Source: Bdellovibrionota bacterium
GTDB taxonomy: Bacteria; Bdellovibrionota_G; JALEGL01; DATDPG01
Length of the DNA: 64,000 nucleotides
Direction: 5' to 3'
Assembly (NCBI GenBank): GCA_035292885.1
Contig: DATDPG010000189.1
Coordinates: 2,722 to 66,721 of the forward strand
A model generated the notes under the pieces. It was not told the DNA's origin. It saw nothing but the letters and a program-made list of their open reading frames with translations, and made no database searches. Position 1 is the first letter of the stretch, and every line of letters starts with the position of its first letter. Made by a program: the position numbers and the translations under genes. This document shows, piece after piece, positions 36,262 to 45,099 of the stretch.

Positions 36262-38813
36262 ACAAACGGCATTAGTCCGACGGTATAACTGCCTTGTCCG
36301 TCACCGGGAGCTTTCAGCCAGAATTCATCGGGGGAGGGGAGCATCTCGGAAAACCTTAGTTCTTCATTCTCCCTTGCCAGGCCGAACAGCACTTCCACGA
36401 GAAAAAAATTGCGAAAGTCGATCATGATGTTTTTCTTCGGGCCTGACGGGTCCACAAAGACTAGTTCCGGGAGTCCGGCATGAATCTGGGTTCGAATGGC
36501 GTCGACGTAATCGAGAAAAATGTCCTTTTCCTTGCGAGGGGGAAGGGAAAAGGTTGACGAGGGGAGTCTCCAGTTTTCCCGCTGAAGGACTGTTTTGCCT
36601 ATACGCAAGCGCGGAAAATGGCCCGAGAATCTCTCATGGATCAATTTCCGGCTGAAGCGGATCTGATTGGGAAACGAGAAATGAACAGGAACGGTTTGAT
36701 CGCCGATCTTCACGCAAATCGGATGGTCCGAGTGAGGTGCCAGAAGGAAGTCGCGGAGTGAAGTCTTCTCGTTTTCGTCTTTGAAGCTCGGCCCCATCCA
36801 TTCGATGTCTATTCCCCCGCCAATCCATGGCGTGAATTTAGAGTGCTGCCGAAGCCACGGGATGAAATGAGCGAGCCTCGCCACATTCGCTTTGACGAGA
36901 TTTTTCAGAACAGCTTCGGTTTCCTCCATTTGTGCCGCGCGATCGGTCGCAAAATAGTTCAGGACGGTGAGATGCATGCTGTTTCCGAAGATGACCGAAT
37001 CAAACACGATTCGAAAATCGCCGGCCTCTAAGGAGGAGAGATCTTTGGCGGCAAGCTGAAAGATCGGACCGCTCGCATAAACCGGGAGCGGTAGATTCGT
37101 ATTGATCATCACTTCACGAAATGTTCGCCGGTAGGCTTTTATGTCCGGTTGTTCTTCCGAGAGGATGATTTCCCGTTGGGAGGGATCCATGGATGTGAAA
37201 ATCTGTTGGGCCATCTTGGCAAGGTCGGTCAGAGCCGATAGGCAGCCGACCACTTCATCGTCCGCCTTCATTTGATCGGAGAGGGGCTGGTTTGCGGCGG
37301 CCAAAAGCGATTCGGCGAACTCCGAGATCTTCTTTGCGGCCTCGAAGCCGGAGAGGTCCGCCTCAAGATTCTCCTTAATGTGTTTTTCGAATCGGTTGGC
37401 GACGAATACGGCCGGAAGGATTCGAAAAAGCCAAAAAGGGGCGAGGAGTTCAAGTGCCAGGGTATAATGATCCCGTAGTTCCCGCGCCAGGTCTCGGCCG
37501 ATCTGAAGCGGCTGGCAATCCCGTGCGCAATCCTCATAAAAGATGAAGCGGTCGGCGTAATACTCACCCGCGCCTCGTGTCGCGTTTTCGCTTGTAGCCT
37601 CTTGAAACAGATGCCCCGCCGTTTTGAGAATGTTCACTTGTTCGTCGAGATTCGACCTTCCAAAATTCACTCGCAGTTCTTCAAATCGAGTCAACCGTGC
37701 GTTCCACTTCGCAAGCTCGGGGCCTTCGGTACGCGCGGTGCGCAGCAATGCTCGCAGGTACTCGAGTGGGTGGGGATCGCCCGGGGGGATATCCAGGCCA
37801 TCGAGCAAGAATCGCCGGGAGAGCAATTGGATCACTTCCATTTCCACGGCTTCCCGGTCTTTGGAATCGACAGCTGGAGCTTGGATCAGGTCGATCGCAC
37901 CGCGGCTCTCTCCCAAGTGTTGGATCAAGGTAACCATACTCTCGGAGAGGGCGGCTCGCTCCTCCGATGGCAGAAACTCGTCTTTCATTTTGGGCGCGCA
38001 CGAAACCAGTTCATGACCCATGAAAAAAACCGCAGGATGCAGACGGAGCGGGAGGCGGAGTCGAATCTCGTTGGACCGAGCGATGGCATTGGCGAGGGCT
38101 TGTGCGCACCAATGGGCAAAGAACACTTCACGGTCACCCACGCCGTTTTTGGACTCCGCACGGGCGTTCCATTCAAAAACGATGTTTTTGTTCCCTGAAA
38201 AGAACCCACCGAAGGTCGGGCCCATCGATCCGACGGCCGAGTTCTTTGCGCAAAACCGGGAGAGATAACTGACGAGCGTGTTTTCCTTCTTTCGCATTTC
38301 GGAGTCCCGGTTTCGCGACATCCATTGTGAAAAATACCTTCGAATATGTTCCAGAAAAGAAGGATTGAGCTGAAACAGAGCGAGCTGAAATCGCGGTTCG
38401 GAGGCTAACGCCCAAAGAGCCGCTCGTCGTTCCTCGAACTCACGTAAGAACGTGTCGCGCGCGGTTTCAAGGGATACGGCCGCGCGTTGGAAACGTGACT
38501 GCCAGTCCGTGAGCTCCTTCCGCAACGATGGATCCACGGACGGATCTTCCCCGAGGATCGAAATGTGGGGTGAAATGTCCCTCCCGTGGGAAAGGTTGTT
38601 CAGTAACTTCTTCCATTTTTTCGAATGAGGAGGAAAAAAACGAAGAGTTTTCAATCTGTTCGCAATACGTTCGGCCTCGCTTTGAAGGTCCTTTTCCTCG
38701 CCCAGAATTTTCAAGACCGCGTCGTATGTGACGTTGAAACGGAGTCGGAATAGCCATTCCACCGGCATGTTGGTGCCGGAAAGAGAGAGATCGCGAAGAG
38801 TCTTCCAGGGCAT
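36234..38813 (-). CDS. LanB-like lantibiotic-dehydratase N-terminal (glutamylation / PEARL-type) domain protein
   Basis: 'EPRFQLALFQLNPSFLEHI', 'LVSYLSRFCAKNSAVGSMGPTFGGFF' and the C-terminal 'LPELVFVDPSGPKKNIMIDFRNFFLVEVL...EELRFSEMLP' resemble Lant_dehydr_N patterns recalled from memory. No elimination domain is evident. An HMM check is needed. Confidence 0.5.
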   Translation of the reverse strand: MPWKTLRDLSLSGTNMPVEWLFRLRFNVTYDAVLKILGEEKDLQSEAERIANRLKTLRFFPPHSKKWKKLLNNLSHGRDISPHISILGEDPSVDPSLRKELTDWQSRFQRAAVSLETARDTFLREFEERRAALWALASEPRFQLALFQLNPSFLEHIRRYFSQWMSRNRDSEMRKKENTLVSYLSRFCAKNSAVGSMGPTFGGFFSGNKNIVFEWNARAESKNGVGDREVFFAHWCAQALANAIARSNEIRLRLPLRLHPAVFFMGHELVSCAPKMKDEFLPSEERAALSESMVTLIQHLGESRGAIDLIQAPAVDSKDREAVEMEVIQLLSRRFLLDGLDIPPGDPHPLEYLRALLRTARTEGPELAKWNARLTRFEELRVNFGRSNLDEQVNILKTAGHLFQEATSENATRGAGEYYADRFIFYEDCARDCQPLQIGRDLARELRDHYTLALELLAPFWLFRILPAVFVANRFEKHIKENLEADLSGFEAAKKISEFAESLLAAANQPLSDQMKADDEVVGCLSALTDLAKMAQQIFTSMDPSQREIILSEEQPDIKAYRRTFREVMINTNLPLPVYASGPIFQLAAKDLSSLEAGDFRIVFDSVIFGNSMHLTVLNYFATDRAAQMEETEAVLKNLVKANVARLAHFIPWLRQHSKFTPWIGGGIDIEWMGPSFKDENEKTSLRDFLLAPHSDHPICVKIGDQTVPVHFSFPNQIRFSRKLIHERFSGHFPRLRIGKTVLQRENWRLPSSTFSLPPRKEKDIFLDYVDAIRTQIHAGLPELVFVDPSGPKKNIMIDFRNFFLVEVLFGLARENEELRFSEMLPSPDEFWLKAPGDGQGSYTVGLMPFVYFEPDKSN

Positions 38814-38862
38814 GGTCGCGGTGATCGTACGAAGTTTTCATGCTACTAAGGAGTTCATAAGT

Positions 38863-38961
38863 ATGTCTACAGATACGGCCCGGTTCATTTCGCCGCGCGT
38901 CGCGAGCCGATTGCCAAAAAAACTAGGTCTTTTTAGCAAGTTCGCATACCTTTACCACTAG
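38863..38961 (+). CDS. Possible 32-aa small ORF, MSTDTARFISPRVASRLPKKLGLFSKFAYLYH
   Basis: AAGGAG at 38848-38853 lies 9 nt upstream of the ATG. It is divergent from the LanB-like gene and 34 nt upstream of the lipoprotein gene. No terminator or conservation evidence is available. Confidence 0.25.
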   Translation: MSTDTARFISPRVASRLPKKLGLFSKFAYLYH

Positions 38962-38995
38962 CTGATTTTAAAACCCTTCATCGGAGGATTTCCAC

Positions 38996-39877
38996 GTGCG
39001 TAGAATGAGAACAAACGGTTATTTATGGTTGGCGGCCCTGGCGTTGAGCGCCTTCGCGGTCGCTTGTTCTGATGACGACGGCGCTCCGGTCACGATCACG
39101 GGCGTCCTTGCGGATATTGACACGGCCGCGCTTGTCGAAGGTGCGAAAGTCTACCTGATCGATGCCGAAGGAACCCTTGAGACGGAGGCCCCCTCCGCGG
39201 CGGATGGCACGTTTTCTCTCACGGTGCCCAGCGGATCGGCGGGAATCCTCGTCACGGACGACTTCGATTCCGGCGGGACGAGTTATATCCCTTTGATCAA
39301 TTATTTGGCGCCGGAAGGGATCGTGACCTTTGATGCCGATACCGATGTCGGTTTGATCCACGTCTGCCCCGCGGGCACCGGAGGTGATCAGGGCACCGTC
39401 GCCTCGATCAACAATTATCTGGCCGCTGGATCCCCCGCGCTTTTCACGCCGGCCACTATTGCAAGTTCGGCCGGTGTCCTGGGAGCCGTATTCGTGCAGG
39501 CAAACAGCGGAGCGTTCGGCTTAACGGATCAAATATCGGTCGCGTCGAACACCGCGGACTGCCCGGTTGGATACATCAACGGTCCCAATTTTTACGACGA
39601 GAGCCTGGTGCCCCAACCGGAACTCGGTCCCAATATCTTCCAGGACGGAGGTACGGCGACGGACGCCGCGTCGGGAACGTTGTTCTCGGTCTGTGCGGGC
39701 GGCGATTCGGTCGAGATTACCCTGACGGATAACGACGCCGGCCGGGCGCTTGACTTCGGGGGTCCGTATGTTGTTCCGGTCCGGCCCAATTCCGTGAGCC
39801 TCCTCATCTTCGGGTCGGTTGACGGCGTGACCGGGAAAAGCATTCTCGAAGTGTTTTCAGCGGGCGGCCTACTCTAA
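38996..39877 (+). CDS. Secreted lipoprotein of unknown function
   Basis: GTG start after GGAGGA. The signal and lipobox are 'LAALALSAFAVAC|SDDDG'. The mature part is rich in Gly, Thr, Ala and Asp. Confidence 0.6.
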   Translation: MRRMRTNGYLWLAALALSAFAVACSDDDGAPVTITGVLADIDTAALVEGAKVYLIDAEGTLETEAPSAADGTFSLTVPSGSAGILVTDDFDSGGTSYIPLINYLAPEGIVTFDADTDVGLIHVCPAGTGGDQGTVASINNYLAAGSPALFTPATIASSAGVLGAVFVQANSGAFGLTDQISVASNTADCPVGYINGPNFYDESLVPQPELGPNIFQDGGTATDAASGTLFSVCAGGDSVEITLTDNDAGRALDFGGPYVVPVRPNSVSLLIFGSVDGVTGKSILEVFSAGGLL

Positions 39878-39893
39878 GTCGGCGGTCCTGCGG

Positions 39894-40859
39894 GTGAATT
39901 GTGAAACGCGCAAAGGCAGAGGCTCTTGGAGCATCTGCCTTTCGCTTTCCATGCTCGGATGCCTGTTTTTTGCGCCCCGGGCAATCGCCGGCGCATGGAC
40001 CCACGAACCGAACAAGTTCTACGTGGAGGCCTCGATTTCTTACTTTCAGGCGTCGGAGAGCTTTGATCGCGACGGAAATCGGAGAGGCGTCGGCCTTCTT
40101 CCGGACCCGCAGGTTCCATCCTCGATATTCGCCGGTCTGATTCCCAGCACGTACGAGCAGCTCGACGCGAGCCTTTATGCCGAATACGGCCTGCCGGCCG
40201 ATTTTGAAGCGGTACTCTTCTTTCCCTTTTTCCGTTTTTCCCAACAGGACTCCTCCGTCGGCGAATTTGACACGACGGGCATCGGGGATGCGACGGTCGG
40301 TATGAAATATAAGTGGTTTGAGCGTCCTTGGTTGGTCTCGGCCGTAATGGCCGAAGTGGGAATTCCGGTCGGCGACGAGGAGGCGATGGGCCATGTCGCG
40401 GGACAAAATTCCCAGCCGATCCCGCTGGGCGACGGGGAGTGGGATTACGCGATTCGTTTCTTCGCGAGCCGGAGTTTCCATCCCGTTCCGGCGTATGTCT
40501 CGGCGGATTTCGGATATCGCTTTCGCACTTCTTCCGGCGTCGTTGATTTTGGCGACGACCTTCCTTGGTCCCTGGACGGCGGATATACGTTTGAGTTTGG
40601 CGAAGGGTGGTTCTCGGGCATTACGCCCAATCTCGCTTTTCGCGGCGTGATCGCGACGAAGAATACCTCAACCGCGACGTTGTTGAACCTGTCGGTTTCA
40701 GGCAACGCCCCCAATCAAGAATTTGTCGACATTCAGCCGGGCCTCTTTGTTCACGTCTTCAAAGGGCTCGGCTGGAACAACTCGTTCTCGTACACGCTGG
40801 CGGGAGAAAACACGGGCGCGGGCTGGACCGTCCGCTCGGGTCTGACGTACGAAAATTAA
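39894..40859 (+). CDS. Putative outer-membrane beta-barrel transporter-like protein
   Basis: It has a signal peptide and an alternating amphipathic beta-strand pattern with aromatic girdle residues. Its composition resembles the MetA-pathway/'transporter' barrel family. Confidence 0.4.
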   Translation: MNCETRKGRGSWSICLSLSMLGCLFFAPRAIAGAWTHEPNKFYVEASISYFQASESFDRDGNRRGVGLLPDPQVPSSIFAGLIPSTYEQLDASLYAEYGLPADFEAVLFFPFFRFSQQDSSVGEFDTTGIGDATVGMKYKWFERPWLVSAVMAEVGIPVGDEEAMGHVAGQNSQPIPLGDGEWDYAIRFFASRSFHPVPAYVSADFGYRFRTSSGVVDFGDDLPWSLDGGYTFEFGEGWFSGITPNLAFRGVIATKNTSTATLLNLSVSGNAPNQEFVDIQPGLFVHVFKGLGWNNSFSYTLAGENTGAGWTVRSGLTYEN

Positions 40860-40884
40860 ACAACAGGTACAAAGGAGAGAGCCG

Positions 40885-41370
40885 ATGCGCGCAGGAATCT
40901 GGTTGATGGGATTGGCCTTGGTGGGTTCGGTCAGCTGCGCCGGCCGGCGGTGCGACGTCATTTCGAAGGATTATCCGGACGACCGGAAGGCCGTCGCCGC
41001 GCGCGTTCACGATATTTTCGGCGCCGCGCAGAAGAAGGATCTGGCGAAACTCGAATCGTACCACCTGTTCGGGCCGAAGTTCTCCAAGTTCGATGATTGG
41101 GAGCCTCTGGCCCGCCAGGACGCGGAAACGGCAAGGAAGGGCGAAAACGAGGCTTTTTCGGCGATCTCGGATTTCAAGTACGACATCCACGATTTGAAGG
41201 TGGACGTCTTCGGCCCGGTGGCGGTAGCCACGTTCACGATCGACTACAGCATGAAAATGGGCAAAGACTCCGCCGCGGCTAAAGCCCGGGGAACGTTGAT
41301 CTTCGCTCGCGCCGAGGGCGACTGGAAGATCACCCACGAGCACTTTTCGGCGTTCAAAGCGAATCCGTGA
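40885..41370 (+). CDS. NTF2-fold (SnoaL/DUF4440-like) lipoprotein
   Basis: Lipobox 'LVGSVSC'. 'ATFTIDYSMKM...ARGTLIFARAEGDWKITHEHFS' is typical of DUF4440/SnoaL-like proteins. Confidence 0.55.
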   Translation: MRAGIWLMGLALVGSVSCAGRRCDVISKDYPDDRKAVAARVHDIFGAAQKKDLAKLESYHLFGPKFSKFDDWEPLARQDAETARKGENEAFSAISDFKYDIHDLKVDVFGPVAVATFTIDYSMKMGKDSAAAKARGTLIFARAEGDWKITHEHFSAFKANP

Positions 41371-42524
41371 ACCGGTTTCCCGCGCGGGCGATCTCCCTTG
41401 GCGTGGCTGTAGTGTGGCTGACCTGCCTCGGTCACGCCCAAGAGGAACGTGTTTCGGCCGCCGCGTCTCAACCTTCCGCCGACCAACCCTATCCTCGTGT
41501 GAGTTGCGGCGAATGGCCGAAGGATCGTGGAAAGGAAGGGCGCTGCGACATCGAGACGGAAAACACGACCTGGGAACTTGGCTATTTCCGAGAGGGGAAG
41601 GAAAAGAGGAGCCTTAAGAACGTCGTCAAGAATCTGATCGTTGTTTTTCATCCCGACGGCTATTCCCACCGCATCCACGAATGGTGGGACTCCATGGTCG
41701 GACCGGGCAAAGCCTTGGATACGGATCGTTGGGTTATCCTCTCTCTCGCCACGCTGGGCGATGGGAAACCTCAGAAAGGGGCGCCCCTGCTCTTGACGGC
41801 GGATGAGATGCTGTCCTGTCAGACGGGAGTCGTCGATTTTCTTTATCCGAAGTCGAAGGCGATCGTGGGCGGACCCTCACGGGGAGGGCAAATCGCAATC
41901 CACTGGGCGTTGAGGAACCCGGAGCGTATCGAGGGACTTTTTCTCGTCAACGTGCATGGATATTCGCAGATCGAGGAGAAGCCGATATTGAGCTACCTCG
42001 AATCGATCGAAGTCGCGGAGCGTTCGCAGGGCCCCTACGTGAATTGGAGCACCGAAAGGAAAGGCGATTGGTGGAAGCCGGCGTCTCGTCTGTACGTGGG
42101 AATTTCGTACACGGATGAGTACTTCAAACAACCGCGATTCATGGTCGAGGTGGGCAAGAAGCCGGAAGAGTACCGGGACGCCAAAACGTCCTTCGATCTC
42201 ACTGTGACCAGCTGGAACGACTTTTTTCGAGATTTCGTCGATCCGCATTGGTTCTTGGCGCAGGTTTCCACGCTCGATCGGGCGACCGACGCCCTTGGGG
42301 ACGACGATTTTTCGAAGCTGCCCAAGAAGATCCTCCTCGCTTGGAACCCGGACGACAAAACGGTTCTCCAAAAGGACGTAGCGCGGTTTTCCAATTTACT
42401 GAAGAAGCAGGGAAAACGCGTCATCGAGCGCGGGATTGCGGATCCCAGAGGGCATATGGCCTGTTGCTCCGTGGAGATGCCGCAGGACACCCAATCGGCG
42501 ATTCGCGCGTTCCTCAAGGATTAG
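41367..42524 (+). CDS. Alpha/beta-hydrolase-fold protein
   Basis: 'VGGPSRGGQIAIHWAL' (GxSxG) and a C-terminal 'DPRGHMA' His candidate. It overlaps the upstream gene by 4 nt. Confidence 0.5.
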   Translation: MNRFPARAISLGVAVVWLTCLGHAQEERVSAAASQPSADQPYPRVSCGEWPKDRGKEGRCDIETENTTWELGYFREGKEKRSLKNVVKNLIVVFHPDGYSHRIHEWWDSMVGPGKALDTDRWVILSLATLGDGKPQKGAPLLLTADEMLSCQTGVVDFLYPKSKAIVGGPSRGGQIAIHWALRNPERIEGLFLVNVHGYSQIEEKPILSYLESIEVAERSQGPYVNWSTERKGDWWKPASRLYVGISYTDEYFKQPRFMVEVGKKPEEYRDAKTSFDLTVTSWNDFFRDFVDPHWFLAQVSTLDRATDALGDDDFSKLPKKILLAWNPDDKTVLQKDVARFSNLLKKQGKRVIERGIADPRGHMACCSVEMPQDTQSAIRAFLKD

Positions 42525-42598
42525 CCGGTCATCGCCTCACTGCAGAAAGAGCTGAGGTAGGTCAGTGACTTCTCCCTATTGCTGTACGCATCCTATAA

Positions 42599-45031
42599 TT
42601 GATGTTCATGAAACCGAGGTTGGGTGAGCGGATGCAAGTTGGATTTTCCAATGCGATCCCAAGATTCCTGTGGGGCGTTGCATGTGCAACGTTGGCACAG
42701 GGGTGCAGCGATTCTCCGCCGATCGCTAAAGGGGTCTTCGCCGAACTCGGAAAGCCCATGCCGATCTGTAACGCCGAGGAAGCGGCGATCTTCGAACGGG
42801 GAAAGAAGATGGCTCTGCATCGATTCACACCGGAAGAGGGCCTCGGTCCGCAATTCAACGTCGTCGCGTGCGCCGGTTGTCACGAGAAGCCTGCCTTCGG
42901 CGGGGGCGCGGCGCGGTACCGTGATTTTCTTCTGGTCGGCAGTGTGTCGGACACCGGAGCGTTCAGTAAAACGGGCGTCAACGGAATTCAAGATCAGTAC
43001 ACCTTTTCCGCCGAGAGCCGGGTGGTCACGGCCGTCGATACCAACCTAATGGCGACGCGAAAGCCGATTCCCTTCTTCGGCGTCGGTTTGATCGCCGAAA
43101 TTGACGAATCCGAGATTCTTCAGCACAGCGACGAGATCGACGCCGACGGCGACGGAATCAGTGGTCGAGTCAATCATGAGACCGTCGGGGCCGAACTAGT
43201 TGTCGGCCGCTTCGGGCGGAAAGCGCAGACATCGTCGCTCGAAGGCTTCGTCCGAGGACCGCTCTTCAATCATATGGGGATTACGAGCAAACCCTTAACC
43301 GGCGACGAGCGCGACACGCTGCCGATACCCTCCATTTCGGCACTCGATCTTATCTTCAGGCGGGCGTCGCTCTCCGCGCTTCTTATCCGCCCCATGGAAC
43401 GCGCGTGGGATCGCTTTGTACCGAAGGTGTTCGCGCAGGCGATTCCGTCGGCCGGAAACACGGTCGATTCCGACGGAGTACCGGACCCCGAACTCACGCC
43501 GGCGGATCTTTTCGACCTCGCAGGCATGACGATGCTTTTGGCGGCACCAGAGGCGGAACCCCCTACGGAAACAACGCGGGCGGGCGAGGCGCTTTTCACA
43601 CAAGCACAATGCGCGAGTTGCCACGTTCCTTCGCTGAAATCACCGCGGGGTCTCATTCCGCTCTTTAGCGACCTTTTGATTCATGACATGGGAGAAGATT
43701 TGGGGGACGGGATCGTTATGGGCGAAGCTACCGGAACCGAGTTCCGGACGCCGCCTCTTTGGGGTGTGGCGGCGGTATCGCCTTACCTGCACGACGGCCG
43801 AGCCGATACGCTGGATGATGGTATTCGCCTCCATGGAGGCGAAGCGGAGCAGGCGCGCGACCGTTACGTCGCGATGTCGGAAGCCGACCAAGCGAAACTT
43901 ATCGCTTTTCTCGAATCGCTTGGAGGCGCGACACAGCGAAGTGAAGGGCTCCTGCCTCCCGCGGTGGCCGTGCCCGCCGTCGGTGAATTCGGGGGACCGG
44001 CGACAACGCTTTCGGCCGCGAATCAAGAGGCGTTTCTGGAAGGCCGCGCGATCTTTGACCGCGATTTCGGCCTGGTGCAGGGTCTCGGCCGGCCGAATTT
44101 CAACGGCGATTCGTGCCGGGCCTGCCATTTCGATCCTGTGATTGGCGGTTCGGGACCGGCCGATGTGAACGTCATGCGCCAGGGGATCGTGGATGAGGCC
44201 GGTAGCTTCACGACGCCGGCCATGGGAACTATGGCCCACAAACAGAGCACGATCTTCGACAGCCGTCCGCTGGTAGACGAGGCATCCAACATCTTCGAGC
44301 ACCGGCAGACACCGCCTGTTTTTGGTTTAGGCCTGGCCGAGAAGATACCGGAGGCGACGATTCTCGCCAACGCCGATCCCGACGATCTGGACGGAGACGG
44401 CATCAGCGGCAGGGCTCGGATCCTTCCGGACGGTCGGCTGGGGAGGCTAGGCTGGAAGGCCGGTGTGCCGTCCTTGGAAGAATTTTCACGTGACGGCATG
44501 ACGAATGAATTGGGAATCACGGTTCCGGCGAGTGCTACGCTCACCTTTGGCTCCACAACCGATACCGATGACGTGGCGGATCCGGAAGTCTCGAGCGGAA
44601 CCCTCGAGTTTTTGACGTTCTTCATGAGGAACCTCGCGCCGCCGCCTCGCACCCGCGTGGACGAGGCGCTTGAATATGCCGGCGAAGCACTGTTCGGGAC
44701 GGTCGGATGCGCAAAGTGTCACACCCCGTCGATGGTGGCGGAAACAGAGTCCCCGGTGACTGTTTCGCCGTACAGCGACTTTTTACTTCACGACGTAGCA
44801 CCCGTGGAGTTCATCGGAATTGCCGATGGCGACGCGACGATGCGCGAGTTCCGGACACCGCCGCTTTGGGGCATTTCAAAAACGGCTCCGTATATGCACG
44901 ACGGGCGTTCCACCACGATCGAGAAGGCGATTGAGGCCCACCACGGTGAGGCGGAGACGATCACGCAAAACTTTCTTGGCCTCACACAGGCCGATCGTGA
45001 TGCGCTGCTGGCCTTTCTGAATTCGCTCTAG
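42599..45031 (+). CDS. Tandem-fused di-haem oxidoreductase (two DUF1111/DHOR units, four CxxCH) lipoprotein
   Basis: Haem sites CAGCH, CASCH, CRACH, CAKCH. The hallmark 'EFRTPPLWG...PY(L/M)HDGR..T....I..H.GEA' occurs twice. Lipobox 'LAQGC'. Confidence 0.8.
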   Translation: MMFMKPRLGERMQVGFSNAIPRFLWGVACATLAQGCSDSPPIAKGVFAELGKPMPICNAEEAAIFERGKKMALHRFTPEEGLGPQFNVVACAGCHEKPAFGGGAARYRDFLLVGSVSDTGAFSKTGVNGIQDQYTFSAESRVVTAVDTNLMATRKPIPFFGVGLIAEIDESEILQHSDEIDADGDGISGRVNHETVGAELVVGRFGRKAQTSSLEGFVRGPLFNHMGITSKPLTGDERDTLPIPSISALDLIFRRASLSALLIRPMERAWDRFVPKVFAQAIPSAGNTVDSDGVPDPELTPADLFDLAGMTMLLAAPEAEPPTETTRAGEALFTQAQCASCHVPSLKSPRGLIPLFSDLLIHDMGEDLGDGIVMGEATGTEFRTPPLWGVAAVSPYLHDGRADTLDDGIRLHGGEAEQARDRYVAMSEADQAKLIAFLESLGGATQRSEGLLPPAVAVPAVGEFGGPATTLSAANQEAFLEGRAIFDRDFGLVQGLGRPNFNGDSCRACHFDPVIGGSGPADVNVMRQGIVDEAGSFTTPAMGTMAHKQSTIFDSRPLVDEASNIFEHRQTPPVFGLGLAEKIPEATILANADPDDLDGDGISGRARILPDGRLGRLGWKAGVPSLEEFSRDGMTNELGITVPASATLTFGSTTDTDDVADPEVSSGTLEFLTFFMRNLAPPPRTRVDEALEYAGEALFGTVGCAKCHTPSMVAETESPVTVSPYSDFLLHDVAPVEFIGIADGDATMREFRTPPLWGISKTAPYMHDGRSTTIEKAIEAHHGEAETITQNFLGLTQADRDALLAFLNSL

Positions 45032-45099
45032 CAGGGGCCGCACCCCGGGCCAGCCACCCTGAGGGCCCGCGAAAATAATGTAAGGTTTTTTTGCGAGCC

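Noticed and set aside
43640-44652. 220-aa and 209-aa minus-strand ORFs antisense to the DUF1111 gene (similar cases at 39804-40481 and 40759-41343)
   Set aside because: They are antisense shadows in GC-rich coding DNA, and the sense frames carry haem motifs, signal peptides and lipoboxes.
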